From the IMG/VR virus record IMGVR_UViG_3300037467_001352, positions 1-54,750 of that record: a stretch of 54,750 bases of DNA; one strand, given 5' to 3'. Numbering within the stretch: the stretch's first letter is position 1; each line of letters opens with the position of its first letter. Source of the stretch: a virus. Its lineage: Duplodnaviria > Caudoviricetes. Under the pieces are notes generated by a model, which was given only the letters and a program-made list of their open reading frames with translations, had not been told where the DNA came from and did not search any database. Made by a program: the position numbers and the translations under genes. Shown piece after piece: positions 17,193 to 26,835 of the stretch.

Positions 17193-19849
17193 ATCGATCG
17201 ACTCGGAATGCCCGGCACTTCCGGCGCCAATTCGCCCGCGGCAAATGATCGAATGGTGACTTGCGGTCGGCCGGATCCGTCGACGCTCGGCAGGTAGCGC
17301 ACGCCACGGCGCACGATATCGCTCGGCCGGCAGTTGCCGCGGACCCAAACCTTTGTTGCCTTGCCGCCGATTTTGGTCGTGTCGTTACGGAAGCCGAGCC
17401 GGTGCAGGACCGCCACGCGCAGCGCCGCGGTCGAGCCGCCACGCCAGCCGGCGAACGATGCCAGTTGCACCATGTCGGCGCACGTCATGAACGAAACGTC
17501 CGATGTGTGTTCGGTCGGAGTGAGCCAATCGACCAGCATGGTTTCGATATCGGACTCTTGCCGCGCGGCCTCCTGGCGCTCGCCTGCTTCGGCCCACACC
17601 TCGCGCGGGATGGCAAAATCGTGCCCTTGGGTGTGCAGCGCTGCGGCCTCGCCGATGACCTGACCGATGTTCTCATGCAGCCATTTGAGGTCCAATTCCT
17701 GCGCGATCAGCACCGGCAGGAAGCGACGGTTGCCGGTCGGATCGGCGAGCGGGAAGGCATCGTTCGTGGTGCCGATGAAAATGTTCCGGCGCGGCCGCTC
17801 TGTCACGGAACGCGCATAGGCGGTGCGGCCTGCATCGATCGCACGCGACACCATGGCCTTCACGTGGCTCGCATTGGCGGAGCCGTGCATGCCCATTTCG
17901 GAGATTTCCGCGACGGTCTTGCCGGCCAGCGACAGGACCAACTCTTTCGCGGCGTCGCCAAGCAGGACGGAGTCGGTGAAGTGTTGCCCGGCGCCGAGTT
18001 CGATATCGACCAGGCTCGAGAAGCCCATATCCGCGATGATGGCCGCCAGTGTCGACTTGCCGGTGCCCTGCGGCCCATAGAAAATCGGCATGGTGTCATG
18101 CTTGCATCCGGCCTCGCGGATCCGGCGCACCATGCCGCCGATGATGTTGCGGCCGACCGCCTGATGATAGGGATCGCACGGTACGCCGCATGTGTGCGTC
18201 AGCCAGGTTGAGAGGCGCGGCTGGCGGTCCCACGCGCCGGCGAGTTCGTCGAGGCGATCGCACACCGGATCGACCGTGTTCGCATAGGCGATGGCGAACA
18301 GCGAATCCCAAAAGAAGTTCTCGCCCGGAACAAAACGGGTCTTGGTGCGGTTGGCCCGTGTGCGGAGTTTGCGCACCACGGAGTCGTCAAGATATGCCCA
18401 ATCGGGATATTGACCTTCGAAGCCGCGAATCTCCATGCGCTCGAGCCACGCATTCCAGCGCACTTCCGCGCTCACGATCCCGAGAAACACCGCGACGTTG
18501 TCGGAGTTGTTCTGTTCGATTTGCCCTTTAGCGTCGTAAATCCAGTCGTCCTGTTTGACGAAAACGCGTTCGACCTTGTCGGCGTAGGCACTCGCGGCGA
18601 GCTTGATCGCGCGTTCGGGTAGCGGATTGCCGATCGCGGCGAGGCGGCGACAGACAGCAGCGTAAATGTCCTGGTGAACCAGAGACAGAATGGCCGCGGC
18701 GTGCGTCGTGCGGCTCATCTTCGCCTTGGACTCGCCCATGGCCACGATGCGCGAGACGGCGTCGCGCAACAGGTTAAAAAGGCCATGACCGGACAGCGCG
18801 TCGGGCAGTTGCGGATAATCGCTCGAGGCGGGGCGCGCGGGGGCATCTTGAGTCGAGGCGAGGAATTCGGTCAGGACCGGGCGGCCGATTTCCGTCAGCA
18901 CCTCTTGCCCGGCCAGCATAGGCATTCCGGTCGGAGCTGGTAGCGTCGCGCCGGCAGCTGCGGCAAGCGCAGCCACGCCGTCGAACATTGCGGATGTGGA
19001 TTTCCGCACGCTGCCGCGCCAGCCCATCTTTTGCGCGCGATCCAGCAGCGACGCGAGGGTGACGCTTTGACTCGTCGGCTCCGATGCGAACGACTGCCAT
19101 TTGGTCGTTTCGGTGTCGCTGTCGACCGTCTCGTCGTGGGTCAAGCGCCACAGGTCGAGTCCATCGTCACCGAATTCCACCTTCACGGCCATGCCGGCGG
19201 CGCACCAATCCTCATAAGCAGCAAACGCGCCGCGCTCATTCATCCATGTTAGGAGCGCGGCGACGTCGCCGCGGTCGCGCGTGCCGGTCTGCTTGAGGGA
19301 CGGCGAGGGTGTGGCGGTGCGGGTGCAGTGCTGAATAAGCGCAGACGGTGCAGGATAGGGCGCTGCGTCGGAGAGCAGAATGTAGGGCTTGCCTTCGAAG
19401 GTGCTGCCGGCGGCAACGGTGTAGCCAACGCAGCGGATATTGATGCGCTTTTTGATGGCGTCCGGCTGACGCAGTTGCGCGGCGTCCATATCAGCGGGAA
19501 CGGAAAAGTAGATGTGCCAGCCCTGATTGGCGCTCTGGACGTGCGGCATCGCGACGGGAATTTGCCAGGTCGCGCAGAGTTCACACCAGAGCGCCCACGC
19601 TTCGTCGCGGTCGCCGGTTGTGTCGACGTCAACAATGATCCAGCGCGAGGCGAACCCAACGACGCCGAAGTTGCAGCCGGGGTTCTGTTGGGACCACGCG
19701 TACCATTGCGCCGGATCCGACGAGTGATCGTGCTTGAATGACGCGATAATGCCGGTCGGGACTTTGCTGCCAGCCGGAATCGGAAAGAGCGCGGCGCCGT
19801 GGCGCGCGTAGTAGGCTAGTTGTGAGGAAATGGCGGCGTCTGTCATCAA
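17189..19849 (-). CDS. Prim-Pol primase/polymerase + PriCT-2 + VapE-type helicase fusion
   Basis: IVDVD and GWHIYF AEP motifs; YEDWCAAGMA PriCT-2; GPQGTGKST Walker A; GTTN and DPTGNRRF. Confidence 0.92.
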   Translation of the reverse strand: MMTDAAISSQLAYYARHGAALFPIPAGSKVPTGIIASFKHDHSSDPAQWYAWSQQNPGCNFGVVGFASRWIIVDVDTTGDRDEAWALWCELCATWQIPVAMPHVQSANQGWHIYFSVPADMDAAQLRQPDAIKKRINIRCVGYTVAAGSTFEGKPYILLSDAAPYPAPSALIQHCTRTATPSPSLKQTGTRDRGDVAALLTWMNERGAFAAYEDWCAAGMAVKVEFGDDGLDLWRLTHDETVDSDTETTKWQSFASEPTSQSVTLASLLDRAQKMGWRGSVRKSTSAMFDGVAALAAAAGATLPAPTGMPMLAGQEVLTEIGRPVLTEFLASTQDAPARPASSDYPQLPDALSGHGLFNLLRDAVSRIVAMGESKAKMSRTTHAAAILSLVHQDIYAAVCRRLAAIGNPLPERAIKLAASAYADKVERVFVKQDDWIYDAKGQIEQNNSDNVAVFLGIVSAEVRWNAWLERMEIRGFEGQYPDWAYLDDSVVRKLRTRANRTKTRFVPGENFFWDSLFAIAYANTVDPVCDRLDELAGAWDRQPRLSTWLTHTCGVPCDPYHQAVGRNIIGGMVRRIREAGCKHDTMPIFYGPQGTGKSTLAAIIADMGFSSLVDIELGAGQHFTDSVLLGDAAKELVLSLAGKTVAEISEMGMHGSANASHVKAMVSRAIDAGRTAYARSVTERPRRNIFIGTTNDAFPLADPTGNRRFLPVLIAQELDLKWLHENIGQVIGEAAALHTQGHDFAIPREVWAEAGERQEAARQESDIETMLVDWLTPTEHTSDVSFMTCADMVQLASFAGWRGGSTAALRVAVLHRLGFRNDTTKIGGKATKVWVRGNCRPSDIVRRGVRYLPSVDGSGRPQVTIRSFAAGELAPEVPGIPSRSI

Positions 19850-20067
19850 CAGGGCGGGGGCGGGATTTCAGGGACGCTGAGACAAGCCGCGATCGCATCG
19901 CCGGGGCGCGGGGCGATACAGACGTTCCAGCCGCCGCCACGCTCACGTTGCAGATTCGCTTGCCAGCCTTGCGCGGTGTTCCACAGCGTCAGCGCTTCAA
20001 AATCAGCGTTGTTCAGCGCTTTGACGATTGCGTAACTGTCGGGCATGGGACGGTGAATATGTCCCAT
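19846..20067 (-). CDS. Hypothetical protein (likely start 20046)
   Basis: GWQANLQR motif; first gene after the 20073 promoter. Confidence 0.55.
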   Translation of the reverse strand: MGHIHRPMPDSYAIVKALNNADFEALTLWNTAQGWQANLQRERGGGWNVCIAPRPGDAIAACLSVPEIPPPPC

Positions 20068-20072
20068 ATCTT

Positions 20073-20085
20073 GTGAACTGTCAAC
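20073..20085 (-). promoter_or_regulatory. 13-bp motif/leftward early promoter
   Basis: GTTGACAGTTCAC; TTGACA-N17-CATATT. Confidence 0.7.
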
Positions 20086-20096
20086 AAAAACACATA

Positions 20097-20145
20097 CGGA
20101 CTAAGGGTAGCACGCGCCAAATTCGCATGCGCTACCCGTAGTCCG
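20097..20145 (-). terminator. Long hairpin/terminator after the arm-binding-domain gene
   Basis: cggacta-a-gggtagc...gctaccc-g-tagtccg stem; T-rich run follows on the minus strand. Confidence 0.6.
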
Positions 20146-20152
20146 CCGTGAT

Positions 20153-20578
20153 TTAGGGACGCCAGCTGGCGCCTTTGATTTCCAGTTCGCGCAAAAGGCG
20201 ATCGTGCAGCCCTTCTTGCGGGTCGATACCCTTGTTCGCCAGGTCGCGGATGATCTTGGTCAAATTACGCGCCTTTTCGAGCGTCGTACCGGGATGCTCG
20301 CCGATTTTGAGCATGGGCCGGCTGTCGTTCACCTCGTAATGAGCGTGAAACGAAATGCCTCCCGTCTTGCGAACGATGATGCGCAGACCCGCTTGCACGG
20401 TATCGGACACTGTCATTCGATCGAGTGGAATCCGTCCCGATTTCATATCATCGGCAAGGTTTTCCAACATGCGAAGTGAAACCTGACCGGTCGTTCGACG
20501 GGTGCCAGGCTGTATTGTGTCGACGTTGCGAACTTTGTTCGCCGGTCGACCTACTCGTGTGGTTTTGGCCATTGTCAT
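20153..20578 (-). CDS. Stand-alone integrase arm-type DNA-binding domain protein (Arm-DNA-bind_3/DUF4102-like)
   Basis: SDTVQAGLRIIVRKTGGISFHAHY...MLKIGEHPGTTLEKAR...KGIDP; no catalytic domain. Confidence 0.8.
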   Translation of the reverse strand: MTMAKTTRVGRPANKVRNVDTIQPGTRRTTGQVSLRMLENLADDMKSGRIPLDRMTVSDTVQAGLRIIVRKTGGISFHAHYEVNDSRPMLKIGEHPGTTLEKARNLTKIIRDLANKGIDPQEGLHDRLLRELEIKGASWRP

Positions 20579-20584
20579 ACCCCA

Positions 20585-20700
20585 AGTGATTCGGTCAGTA
20601 ACTATCGCATGTCAAGAGAGTTCCAAAAAATTCTTCTGTTGAGATGCAACGATTTCTGTTGACCGTAAACATTTATGCGAATTATAGTGCGAGGGCATAC
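20585..20700. promoter_or_regulatory. Divergent promoter (switch) region
   Basis: Leftward TTGACA at 20615-20610; rightward TTGACC-N18-TATAGT; motif variants GTTGAGATGCAAC (20638) and GTTGACCGTAAAC (20658). Confidence 0.65.
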
Positions 20701-20723
20701 GTATGCAACAGAGGATTCCACTC

Positions 20724-21353
20724 ATGACGATTATGGTTAAACTATCACACCCGCCGCTGGAGTTGGCGTTCGAAGTCGGCTCTTTCAACGAGGCGGTGGG
20801 TGTGCTCGAGGCGGAGAAGGGGACCATTCTTCGGGCGTTCTCGCTCGTCGATGGCGGCGAGACTGCTTTGCCAGTGGCCGCTGGCACCACGGAAACGACC
20901 GCTACCGAACAGCCGGGCAAGCGCGGCCGCAAGCCGAAAAATCAGCCCGATCCGGCGACCGCCAGCGCTCCGCCGCCCGCGCCGATCCCAACCGCCGCAC
21001 CGGCGGTGCCGGACCAGTCCATCCCCGGCGACCTGTCTATTCCGGCATTCCTGCAACGTCCTGCTGCACCTGCACCGGCCGTCGCGGCTCCGCCAGCGCC
21101 GCCACCTCCGATCCCGACCGCTCCGCCGGTGGTGCCTGCGGCGCCGTCATTCGTGCTCGGCAACAAGGTCGCGGACGACCTGCAAAAGCGCAAGGACGCT
21201 TCGCTGGACAGCGGCAAGTCGCTGCATGACTGGCTGATGCCGAACGCACCGTTCCTGATCGCCGGCGCGACGCTCGACGAGGCTATCGCCGTTCTGCGCC
21301 TCACGTCGGACGACAAGGTCGAGGCTATTGCCAAGGCCTTGCAGTTGGCGTAA
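20724..21353 (+). CDS. Pro/Ala-rich early protein containing DLSIPAFLQR
   Basis: First rightward gene; GAGGA SD; long low-complexity linker. Confidence 0.75.
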   Translation: MTIMVKLSHPPLELAFEVGSFNEAVGVLEAEKGTILRAFSLVDGGETALPVAAGTTETTATEQPGKRGRKPKNQPDPATASAPPPAPIPTAAPAVPDQSIPGDLSIPAFLQRPAAPAPAVAAPPAPPPPIPTAPPVVPAAPSFVLGNKVADDLQKRKDASLDSGKSLHDWLMPNAPFLIAGATLDEAIAVLRLTSDDKVEAIAKALQLA

Positions 21354-21361
21354 ACACAACT

Positions 21362-21374
21362 GTTGACGATTCAC
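21362..21374 (+). promoter_or_regulatory. 13-bp motif copy followed by a GC hairpin
   Basis: GTTGACGATTCAC; hairpin at 21381-21406. Confidence 0.6.
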
Positions 21375-21521
21375 AAAAATAGGGTGGCCGGGGTTCCGGC
21401 CGCCCTGAAATGACAGGGGAATGTGTCGTGAGTGCTAACGCGTTGCTGGAAATGATCCGGCGCTATGGCGCGGTTGAGTGGGATGGGCAGACCTTCCGGC
21501 CCGTGTTTGGAGCGAAATGAT

Positions 21522-22052
21522 ATGACCGGGTCAAAAGAACAGCGGCAAGCGCAGAAAGAACGGTCAATGACAGCCGCTCGCGTGCGTGAACTGTTGAACT
21601 ACGATCTGGACACCGGGGTTTTCACCTGGCGGCATTCACGTCGGGGCTTGAAAGCTGGCGCGGTTGCAGGCCGGATTTCTGGTGCGGGATATTGGCAACT
21701 GTGCATCGATAGCGCGTACTTTTACGCGCATCGCGTCGCGTGGCTATACGTCACGGGCGAGTGGCCGAAGTCTCAGATTGATCACATCGACCTCGATAAG
21801 AAGAACAACCGATTTGCTAATCTGCGTAACGCTGATCGTGTGCAGAACCAAGGCAATCGACCGATGAGCAGGCACAATGCGTCAGGGATAAAAGGCGTTC
21901 GCTGGAACCGCCATGTTCAAAAGTGGCAGGCGCGCCTAACAGATGACGGTCGTGACCGGCATTTGGGCCATTTCGACAATATTACTGAAGCGTCTGCGGC
22001 GTATCAAACCGCTGCGACAAAGAAATTTGGCTCATTCGCGAGGGTGTCATGA
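21522..22052 (+). CDS. HNH homing endonuclease with AP2-like domain
   Basis: AHRVAW...IDHIDLDKKNNRFANLR; SGIKGV...KWQARL...HLGHF. Confidence 0.9.
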   Translation: MTGSKEQRQAQKERSMTAARVRELLNYDLDTGVFTWRHSRRGLKAGAVAGRISGAGYWQLCIDSAYFYAHRVAWLYVTGEWPKSQIDHIDLDKKNNRFANLRNADRVQNQGNRPMSRHNASGIKGVRWNRHVQKWQARLTDDGRDRHLGHFDNITEASAAYQTAATKKFGSFARVS

Positions 22053-23179
22053 CAGCGCACGTCGATCCGACCGGGCAACATGCGGTCTATTCTCCGTCAA
22101 GCGGAAAACGTTGGGCGAAGGAGGACGGATGCACTGCCTCTGCCACGGCGATTGCGGCCCTTGGGCCGCGCGAGGAAGGTGAGGAAGCAAAGAAAGGTAC
22201 GGAAGCCCACAACGAGTTAGAACGGTGCCTTGGTCCGCTGAATGGCGAATTTGTGGATCCGGCAACAATGCCGATCAACCCGGTCGACGAAACGCATCCG
22301 TCAGCCTATGGCGTGGCGTTGATGCTTTCCTACATTCGTCAGCTGCCGCCAGGGCGTATGTGGGTCGAGCAGAGGGTTCATTTAACCGCGGAGATATGGG
22401 GTCGCGTCGACATTCAGCATTGGCACGAGGAAACGGCCACGCTCACGATTCCTGATCTGAAAGACGGTTTTGTCGGCGTGGAACCAACCGACGAGCAGGT
22501 TTTGATATACGGTGCCGCATCGGCTCTTACGCATACGTTGCCCGTTCAATGGTTGCGAACGGTCATCGTTCAACCGAACGATTTTCGGCCAGGGCCGCGC
22601 GTTAAGCAGCATGTCACCAGTGCTGACGATCTGGCGAAATTCAGCAAGCGCGTTTCGGCCATTCCGCACGGCCCGCTGACGTTTAAGGCAGGCGAACATT
22701 GCACGTACTGCCCCTTATTCGGACGATGTGAAGCCACGCGCGACATTCTCGCGCATCTAAGCGGCATGCTCGCCAATCCGCCCGACGCAGTATCGCCGGA
22801 CCAGGCGGCAATCTTCATGGCTTGTAAAAAGCCAATCGAAGATTGGTTCAAGTCGCTCGACAAGGCGCTGACCAAGAAAGCTCTTGGCGGTGCGACGATC
22901 CCCGGCATGAAGCTCGTCCAGACGGTCAAGCATAGGGCGTGGAAGGATCCGAAGGCGGCGCGGGACGAGGTGGTGCGCGTGCTCGGCGTTGATGCTTTCG
23001 AACCGCCGACGCCGGCGCAGGCTGAAAAACTTGGCATGGACAAGACGTGGGTGGAGGCATTGAGCGAACGTCCTGATGGCGGCCCCGCGCTCGCCTTCGA
23101 GTCTGACAAGCGGCCGACATTCGCCAGGAAATCCGCCGCGGAAATGTTCGCAGGTGTGACGACCGCACGGAACCCTTGA
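22049..23179 (+). CDS. DUF2800 PD-(D/E)xK (Cas4-like) exonuclease
   Basis: HAVYSPSS, GTEAH, EQRV, GRVD, DLKDG, Q..IY and HCTYC motifs. Confidence 0.85.
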   Translation: MTAHVDPTGQHAVYSPSSGKRWAKEDGCTASATAIAALGPREEGEEAKKGTEAHNELERCLGPLNGEFVDPATMPINPVDETHPSAYGVALMLSYIRQLPPGRMWVEQRVHLTAEIWGRVDIQHWHEETATLTIPDLKDGFVGVEPTDEQVLIYGAASALTHTLPVQWLRTVIVQPNDFRPGPRVKQHVTSADDLAKFSKRVSAIPHGPLTFKAGEHCTYCPLFGRCEATRDILAHLSGMLANPPDAVSPDQAAIFMACKKPIEDWFKSLDKALTKKALGGATIPGMKLVQTVKHRAWKDPKAARDEVVRVLGVDAFEPPTPAQAEKLGMDKTWVEALSERPDGGPALAFESDKRPTFARKSAAEMFAGVTTARNP

Positions 23180-23194
23180 CTTTCGACGACGTTT

Positions 23195-23207
23195 GTTTAC
23201 AGTTCAC
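23195..23207 (+). promoter_or_regulatory. 13-bp motif copy overlapping a predicted -10
   Basis: GTTTACAGTTCAC; upstream TTGACT (23176)-N16-TACAGT. Confidence 0.55.
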
Positions 23208-23243
23208 AATATCAGTTACAGTTTTCAACAAAGGTGGTCTGCG

Positions 23244-24164
23244 ATGACTGAGAAGTACAAAGCGAAGCGAAGCGATTCTGTTCTCACTCCTGAGATTCGT
23301 TGGGCTTATCCCTGGCTTTTCGAAAAGAGCACCAAGCGTCCGAACGGCATGCCTCGCAAGGTGCCGGTCTGGATCATCACTGGTCTTTTGCCCAAGCTGA
23401 ACTCGGATCCTATGCAGTGCGCCAATTATCAGTTTCTTTCACGCCTCTGTCTCGAGGCGTGCGCGCGTGAGCCGCAGTGGGGCGGTCAGTTTCCGGCCGG
23501 CGGCCACTGGCCTATCCAAGACGGCGACGCACCGCCCAAGCCGAAGCCGGTTCCACCGGGTCAGCAGGCCGCCCCTGTCGATCCGAACAAGGGCGCGTGG
23601 CGTAAGGGTCACTGGCTCATCGAAGCGAGCACGTCGCTCGATCCCGGCCCGCGCGTATGCGTGATGCAGAATGGCGTTGCTATCGAAATTCCCGCTCAGA
23701 CCGTCAACGGCCGGCAGATGTTCAAGAGCGGGGACCACGGCCACGGTTCGATCCATGCGTATACCTTCTGGAACGAGAAATTCGGTTTGAACTTCGGTCT
23801 TGAGGGCGTTCTGTGGACGCGGGAAGGCGAGGCGATCGGAAGTTCTGGTCCGCGCTCGGCTGCGCAGATGTTCGGTTCGGTGGCCGGGACGGTCGCCGCA
23901 GCTGCACCGCCTGCAATGCCGACAGCGGGAGCGTACCCGGCGCCGGGAATGGCTCCGCCTCCGTCACCCGCTCCGATGCCTCTGCAACCACAGCAGCAAC
24001 CGTTGCAACAGCCTTTGGGGGCAGTTCCGCAGCAGCAGTATGCACCGGCTCCGCAGGCAATGCCGCAGGTCGCCGCGCCTCCGGTTGCGCCTGTCGCGCC
24101 GCCGCTCGCTCCGATGGCTCCGGCCGCCGGCGGGATGCCACTGCCGCCGCTTCCGACACGGTAG
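23244..24164 (+). CDS. ssDNA-binding protein (DUF2815/gp2.5-like) with Pro-rich tail
   Basis: RWAYPWLFE, PIQDGD, FKSG and FGLNFGL..V..GE motifs; lies between the DUF2800 gene and the polymerase. Confidence 0.75.
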   Translation: MTEKYKAKRSDSVLTPEIRWAYPWLFEKSTKRPNGMPRKVPVWIITGLLPKLNSDPMQCANYQFLSRLCLEACAREPQWGGQFPAGGHWPIQDGDAPPKPKPVPPGQQAAPVDPNKGAWRKGHWLIEASTSLDPGPRVCVMQNGVAIEIPAQTVNGRQMFKSGDHGHGSIHAYTFWNEKFGLNFGLEGVLWTREGEAIGSSGPRSAAQMFGSVAGTVAAAAPPAMPTAGAYPAPGMAPPPSPAPMPLQPQQQPLQQPLGAVPQQQYAPAPQAMPQVAAPPVAPVAPPLAPMAPAAGGMPLPPLPTR

Positions 24165-24201
24165 TCCCTCGGCGAGAACCCACGCTCGCTATGACAGGTT
24201 T

Positions 24202-24236
24202 GGGCGGCACCTGGAGGGAAGCCGCCCGCTTCTTTT
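24202..24236 (+). terminator. Probable intrinsic terminator
   Basis: gggcggc...gccgccc stem followed by ttctttt. Confidence 0.5.
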
Positions 24237-24247
24237 AGGGATTGACG

Positions 24248-24799
24248 ATGGCGCTTGTTCGAACAAAACCTTCGACCGCGACGTCTGAAATTCTCAACGC
24301 GCTGATTGCCGCATCCGATGATGCTATCTGGGCAACAGAATTGGCATTGCTATCCGGCGGTCGGCGTGTGGATTTCTGGACCTTGGTGCCGGCTGCCTCT
24401 CGCGGTTTTCGTGCGACTGCTTATGAGATCAAGGTAAGCCGCAGTGACTACAAGCGCGATAACGATGAGAAGCAGTCTGGCGCGCTGAAATTCTCCGACC
24501 GCTTCTGGTACGTCACGCCGCCCGGGCTGCTGCGGAAGGACGAACTCCCCTCCTATGCCGGCCTCCAAGAATGGGACGGCAAGCAATTCAGCATCGTCCG
24601 CAAAGCACCAATGCGTTCAAAGGCCGAACCGGATTGGGAGTTCATCGTTTCGATCTTGCGCAACAGCGGCGAATGCCGTCGCGACGTCGGATTGTTTAAA
24701 GCACAGATCGCCTTTTTCGAGCACCAGAACGAGCAGCGACGCACGCAAGATGCCCATCGGAACCAGATGAGTATGCGAAAGTGGTTGAGGCGCGCATGA
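24248..24799 (+). CDS. MmcB-like PD-(D/E)xK nuclease
   Basis: RRVD...YEIKVSRSDYKRD..EK....FSDRFWYVTP. Confidence 0.75.
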   Translation: MALVRTKPSTATSEILNALIAASDDAIWATELALLSGGRRVDFWTLVPAASRGFRATAYEIKVSRSDYKRDNDEKQSGALKFSDRFWYVTPPGLLRKDELPSYAGLQEWDGKQFSIVRKAPMRSKAEPDWEFIVSILRNSGECRRDVGLFKAQIAFFEHQNEQRRTQDAHRNQMSMRKWLRRA

Positions 24800-26835
24800 A
24801 TTTCGTACCGACCGGCCGCGCGCCGATCAACCTCGACCAAGCGGTCGTTTACGATATCGAGACTTTTCCGAACTGCCTGACCATTAACGTGGTTGGGCTG
24901 TATTCGGACCTGGATGCCACGTTCGAGATTTCGCAGTACCGCGACGACCGAAACTTTCTCCTGCAGTGGTTCGACTTCTGGCGCGCGAACAACACGCCGA
25001 TGATCGGGTTCAATAATCTGAACTTCGACTATCCGGTAATCCACCAACTGTTCAGCAATCCGCAAATCGACGTGGCCGATCTTTACGACCATGCGATGAT
25101 GTTGATCGGCGGCCTCAATCGCTTCAATGCAGTTTGGGAGTCCGACCGCTTCGCGCCGCAAATCGACCTGTTCAAAATTCATCACTTTGACAACAAGGCG
25201 AAGTCGACCAGCCTCAAGGCGCTGCAGGTCAACATGCGGTCGGAAACCGTATTGGATATGCCGCTCCAAGTCGGCGTGCCGTTGTCCCGCGAGCAGGTCG
25301 ACACGATTCTGATTCCCTACAATAAGCACGACGTCCAAAAGACAAAACAGTTCGCGCTTATCAGCCTTGAAGCGATCAAGTTCCGCATCGACTTGATGGC
25401 GACGCTTCGCGGCGATGTGCTCAACTTCAACGATACCAAAATCGGCGCGAAAATTCTCGAACAGCGTCTCGGCGACGAAGTCTGTTATGATCTGGAATAT
25501 TGGCCCAAGGTGCCGCGGCAGTCGCCACGCTCGCGGATCCCGCTGAATGATATCATTTTTTCGTATATCTCATTCAAGCAGCCTGAATTCAATCGGGTGC
25601 TGCAATGGATGCGCACCCAAACGCTGACAGCTGACGAACTGACGGAGAACATCAAGACCAAGGGCGTCTTTACCGGCGTCCACGCGACCGTTGGCGAACT
25701 CGATTTCTATTTCGGAACCGGCGGAATTCATGGTTCGGTCAGCGCGCAGACATTCGCGGCCTGCGACGAATACGCCTTGGTGGATGTCGATGTGGCGAGC
25801 CTCTATCCGAGCATCGCCATCGTGAACGGTCTTTATCCCGAACACCTGGGTCAATCGTTCGTCGACGAATACGCGAAGTTGCCGAAAGAGCGCAAAGAGT
25901 GGCAGGCGAAAAAAGGCAAAAAGTGCGTCGAGGCGAACTCGCTCAAGCTCGCCGGCAACGGGACATATGGAAACACGAACAACAAGTTCTCCGTATTCTA
26001 TGATCCCAAGTTCACCATGACGATTACGATCAATGGCCAGTTGATGCTTTGCATGCTGGCTGAAATGCTGCTCGACGTGCCGACGTTGCAGATTATCCAA
26101 ATCAATACGGACGGCATCACATACCAGGTGCATCCGTCCTTGGTCGCCTATACGCGACGCGTCTATCATCATTGGGAAGGCATCACGCGACTAACGCTTG
26201 AGGAAGCGCAGTACAAGCGCATGTGGATTCGCGATGTGAACAACTACATCGCGGAAAGCATGGACGGCGCGCTGAAAATGAAGGGTGCCTACTGGTATCC
26301 GGTCAAATTTCCCGACGACATTTCCAGCGCGCAGCCGCCTGCCTGGCACAAGGATTTTTCGGCGCAAGTCTCGATCATGGCGGCGGTCGACCACATGGTG
26401 AACGGGACCGATATCGAGCGGTTCGTGTACGCGCATCAAAACCCGTTCGATTTCATGTGTCGCGCTAAGGTCGACCGCGCGTCGAAACTCTACATCGGCG
26501 ACGAGGAAGTGCAGCGCATCACGCGCTATTATGTGGCGCACAATGGCGGTCACATGCGCAAGGTCAGTCCGCCGGTCAAAGGCGCACAGGTCGGCGATTA
26601 CAAGCGCAAGAACGGCATTTCCGATTCGGATTATCACGCGGTCTTGCAGGAGATCGGGCCGGGGGTCCATGACGAGCGGATCCACACCAAGAACAAGTCG
26701 AAATATGAAATTCGCGAAATGTCGATCGAGTCCGGATACAAGGTCGCGGACTGCAATGTCGCAAGCCGGTTCGATTTCCAAAACGTCAATTATGACTACT
26801 ATATCGACAAGGCGAAGAAATTGGTGATCGCATGA
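24796..26835 (+). CDS. Family B DNA polymerase with 3'-5' exonuclease
   Basis: Exo motifs DIET, FNNLNFD and YNKHD; polymerase motifs DVASLYPS, KLAGNGTYG and NTDG. Confidence 0.93.
   Translation: MNFVPTGRAPINLDQAVVYDIETFPNCLTINVVGLYSDLDATFEISQYRDDRNFLLQWFDFWRANNTPMIGFNNLNFDYPVIHQLFSNPQIDVADLYDHAMMLIGGLNRFNAVWESDRFAPQIDLFKIHHFDNKAKSTSLKALQVNMRSETVLDMPLQVGVPLSREQVDTILIPYNKHDVQKTKQFALISLEAIKFRIDLMATLRGDVLNFNDTKIGAKILEQRLGDEVCYDLEYWPKVPRQSPRSRIPLNDIIFSYISFKQPEFNRVLQWMRTQTLTADELTENIKTKGVFTGVHATVGELDFYFGTGGIHGSVSAQTFAACDEYALVDVDVASLYPSIAIVNGLYPEHLGQSFVDEYAKLPKERKEWQAKKGKKCVEANSLKLAGNGTYGNTNNKFSVFYDPKFTMTITINGQLMLCMLAEMLLDVPTLQIIQINTDGITYQVHPSLVAYTRRVYHHWEGITRLTLEEAQYKRMWIRDVNNYIAESMDGALKMKGAYWYPVKFPDDISSAQPPAWHKDFSAQVSIMAAVDHMVNGTDIERFVYAHQNPFDFMCRAKVDRASKLYIGDEEVQRITRYYVAHNGGHMRKVSPPVKGAQVGDYKRKNGISDSDYHAVLQEIGPGVHDERIHTKNKSKYEIREMSIESGYKVADCNVASRFDFQNVNYDYYIDKAKKLVIA

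Noticed and set aside
22049-23179. Cas4/CRISPR system
   Set aside because: DUF2800-type phage nuclease in a replication module; no repeat-spacer array or other cas genes seen
23900-24164. Pro/Ala/Gln-rich repeats as a DNA repeat element
   Set aside because: Low-complexity coding tail of the SSB, not exact nucleotide repeats
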